DNA of 24,000 nucleotides from Legionella sp. W05-934-2 (GTDB lineage Bacteria; Pseudomonadota; Gammaproteobacteria; Legionellales; Legionellaceae): NCBI RefSeq assembly GCF_964199965.1, contig NZ_CAXMZT010000004.1, positions 198,213 to 222,212 of the forward strand, read 5' to 3'. Shown piece by piece: positions 22,644 to 24,000 of this stretch (position 1 is its first letter; each line of letters starts with the position of its first letter). The notes under the pieces were generated by a model. It saw only the letters and a program-made list of their open reading frames with translations, ran no database searches and was not told where the DNA came from. The position numbers and the translations under genes were made by a program.

Positions 22644-22665
22644 GCGCCAGGAATTATTCTGGCGC
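22644..22665 (+). terminator. Hairpin after the 471-aa gene (weak terminator candidate)
   Basis: GCGCCAG (22644-22650), 8-nt loop, CTGGCGC (22659-22665). There is no U tract (TAAAAA follows). Confidence 0.35.
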
Positions 22666-22850
22666 TAAAAACGTATCTATCAATATTTAGCCTGTTTTTG
22701 AGCTAGTGGAAAATTATTCAATATCGAAGATATGCCAGCAAATAAAGCTATAAATCCTTTGAAAATCAAATCTGATCATTATAATGGCTTCGTATAGAAA
22801 GTAAAAAATCTATTAGTGCTGAATTTCATTTAAAGACTATTTAACTATTC

Positions 22851-22881
22851 TGCGTCACTGCATATTCTGTGCAGTGACGCA
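22851..22881. repeat. Hairpin H1, copy 2: perfect 12-bp inverted repeat TGCGTCACTGCA / TGCAGTGACGCA, 7-nt spacer
   Basis: Read directly. Shares the CTGCGTCACTG core with 15938-15971. Confidence 0.9.
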
Positions 22882-22927
22882 TAAAACCACCTTTTAATTT
22901 TATATTTAAAATCAAAAGATTAAGACC

Positions 22928-22962
22928 TCTTGTTCAGAAGCGCTCAACGCGTTTGAACAAGA
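22928..22962. repeat. Hairpin H2, copy 2: TCTTGTTCA(GAAGCG)-CTCAA-(CGCGTT)TGAACAAGA
   Basis: A 9-bp outer stem plus an inner stem with one mismatch and one G-T. The apex GCG-CTCAA-CGC matches 16029-16039. Its centre lies 79 nt from the H1 centre, as in copy 1. Confidence 0.8.
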
Positions 22963-23027
22963 AATGATAGTAAATCGGTAATTTCTCCGAAAATAAATGA
23001 TGACATTACACTGTTATCAAAAATGGC

Positions 23028-23116
23028 GGGGACAATGGGGACAAGTGGGTCACCCGCGTCATTACTGGGCTATCGTCGCCCCCACCTCAAATTTTCTTCG
23101 TGGGGCACAGGGGACA
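23028..23116. repeat. GC-rich patch with GGGGACA-type direct repeats, downstream of the relaxase-like gene
   Basis: GGGGACA at 23028-23034, 23037-23043 and 23110-23116. Variants are GTGGGTCA (23045-23052) and GGGGCA (23102-23107). A complementary-type C run, CGCCCCCACC, lies at 23087-23096. The patch stands out in AT-rich surroundings. Confidence 0.6.
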
Positions 23117-23135
23117 TTTTAAGATGAAATTGGCA

Positions 23136-24000
23136 TCAACGATCATGATATAACTCTTTCTCTTTGCTAAAGATATTTTTAATCTTTTGATAAAGCTCTA
23201 GATTTTGACTTTTAACTTGATTGGCAACGGTCTTATTAGTAAGTAACTCTTGAGACATAGCCTTAATTTGTTTATCAGCCTTTTCGGCATAGTAACCCAT
23301 CTTATGTTGTCGTTTCTTGATTAGTACTTCAAGCTCCTCAATTTGAGGGAAGTCTTTTTTCAAATTTGTATAAGATTTATCAGCCACTTTCTGATCTATG
23401 TTAATAGAATGTTTTGAATCTTTTGCCAATGCTACCTGTTTAGCATTAATTTTTGCTTGGCCGATATCCTGAAAATGCTCCTGTTGCCTTGCTTTCAAAA
23501 TATAAGCTTCATAATTAACAACATAGTTATAAGCCTGTTTTATCTTATGCCCTACTCCTGCAATATGGTTCACAGCTTTACCAATCAATGAATCAGAATC
23601 AAAACCTGCTCGAGTAGCAAAATCCAAAGGCCAATCAATCACATTATCTTTGGTACTGCTACGAGATAGAGTTCGTTTGAGTGCCTGCTCTGTTGGGTGA
23701 TTTTCTTTATCAGCATAAATATTCAAACTGTCTTTATGCCGAGTCATGGCAACAAAGCTTAAGTTTCTATCCCAATATTTACTATCTATTAGTACCCGAA
23801 CCTTTTTAGCAGTCATTCCCTGTGATTTATGAACGGTTAAAGCATAGGCATAATCAAGTGCCTGATAGTCTTTAGGAATCGTTAGTATTTCCTTGCTATC
23901 AAGTTGTACTTGCATGTGTTGCTCTGTTACTGATTTGACTGTTGCGGTATCACCATTACGAACCCCAAGCGCTTTATTATTTTCTCTAAATAACAATCGT
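23136..24000 (-). CDS. C-terminal part of a relaxase-associated RecD-like helicase protein (TraA/MobA/TrwC-type); 5' end lies outside the window
   Basis: The frame is open to the window edge (the track M is a TTG). Motifs LGVRNGD and YAYALTVHKSQGMT ... SFVAMTRHK are typical of the C-terminal helicase domain of conjugative relaxases. The last ~190 aa are Lys-rich and helical. Confidence 0.6.
   Translation of the reverse strand, partial: RLLFRENNKALGVRNGDTATVKSVTEQHMQVQLDSKEILTIPKDYQALDYAYALTVHKSQGMTAKKVRVLIDSKYWDRNLSFVAMTRHKDSLNIYADKENHPTEQALKRTLSRSSTKDNVIDWPLDFATRAGFDSDSLIGKAVNHIAGVGHKIKQAYNYVVNYEAYILKARQQEHFQDIGQAKINAKQVALAKDSKHSINIDQKVADKSYTNLKKDFPQIEELEVLIKKRQHKMGYYAEKADKQIKAMSQELLTNKTVANQVKSQNLELYQKIKNIFSKEKELYHDR

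Noticed and set aside
15935-22962. CRISPR array or integron attC array, suggested by the repeated hairpins
   Set aside because: There are only two copies, 6.9 kb apart. There is no regular repeat-spacer periodicity, no cas or intI gene, and no GTTRRRY-type attC ends.

Overview
AT-rich window that reads as the distal part of a tRNA-integrated conjugative genomic island, followed by the edge of a second mobile element. Assignment to a Legionella-type island is inference from T4SS family and base composition, not a search result.

Positions 1-14461 form one tightly packed + strand operon with SD-coupled or overlapping starts. It encodes an MPF_G-type (ICEHin1056/PFGI-1/ICEclc-like) type IV secretion system: small periplasmic and membrane proteins, a lipoprotein, a VirB4/TraC-like ATPase, a TraG-N-like protein and a TraD-like coupling protein.

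Positions 14.5-21 kb are cargo:
- a small secreted protein
- a DUF3644-like protein with an Rx4H HEPN motif
- a tandem pair of small tyrosine recombinases, one catalytically degenerate
- a small ORF plus ArdA antirestriction protein
- an AbiEi/AbiEii toxin-antitoxin pair with repeated operators

A 45-nt 3' fragment of a CAU-anticodon tRNA, with its terminator, at 21014-21086 looks like the island boundary. Beyond it lie a 471-aa secreted protein and the 3' end of a RecD-like relaxase/helicase gene on the - strand.

The most unusual content is non-coding:
- Two complete type I hammerhead ribozyme motifs (16106-16158 and 18318-18366). Each sits just downstream of an extended -10 promoter and is followed by a conserved hairpin/pseudoknot leader supported by a compensatory base-pair change. 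Together they bracket the recombinase pair and precede ardA.
- A composite two-hairpin DNA/RNA element present twice in the same orientation with identical 79-80 nt internal spacing (15935-16049 and 22851-22962).
- A perfect 22-bp inverted repeat abutting the recombinase stop codon.

All functional calls are from motifs, synteny and reading the sequence; no database search was possible.
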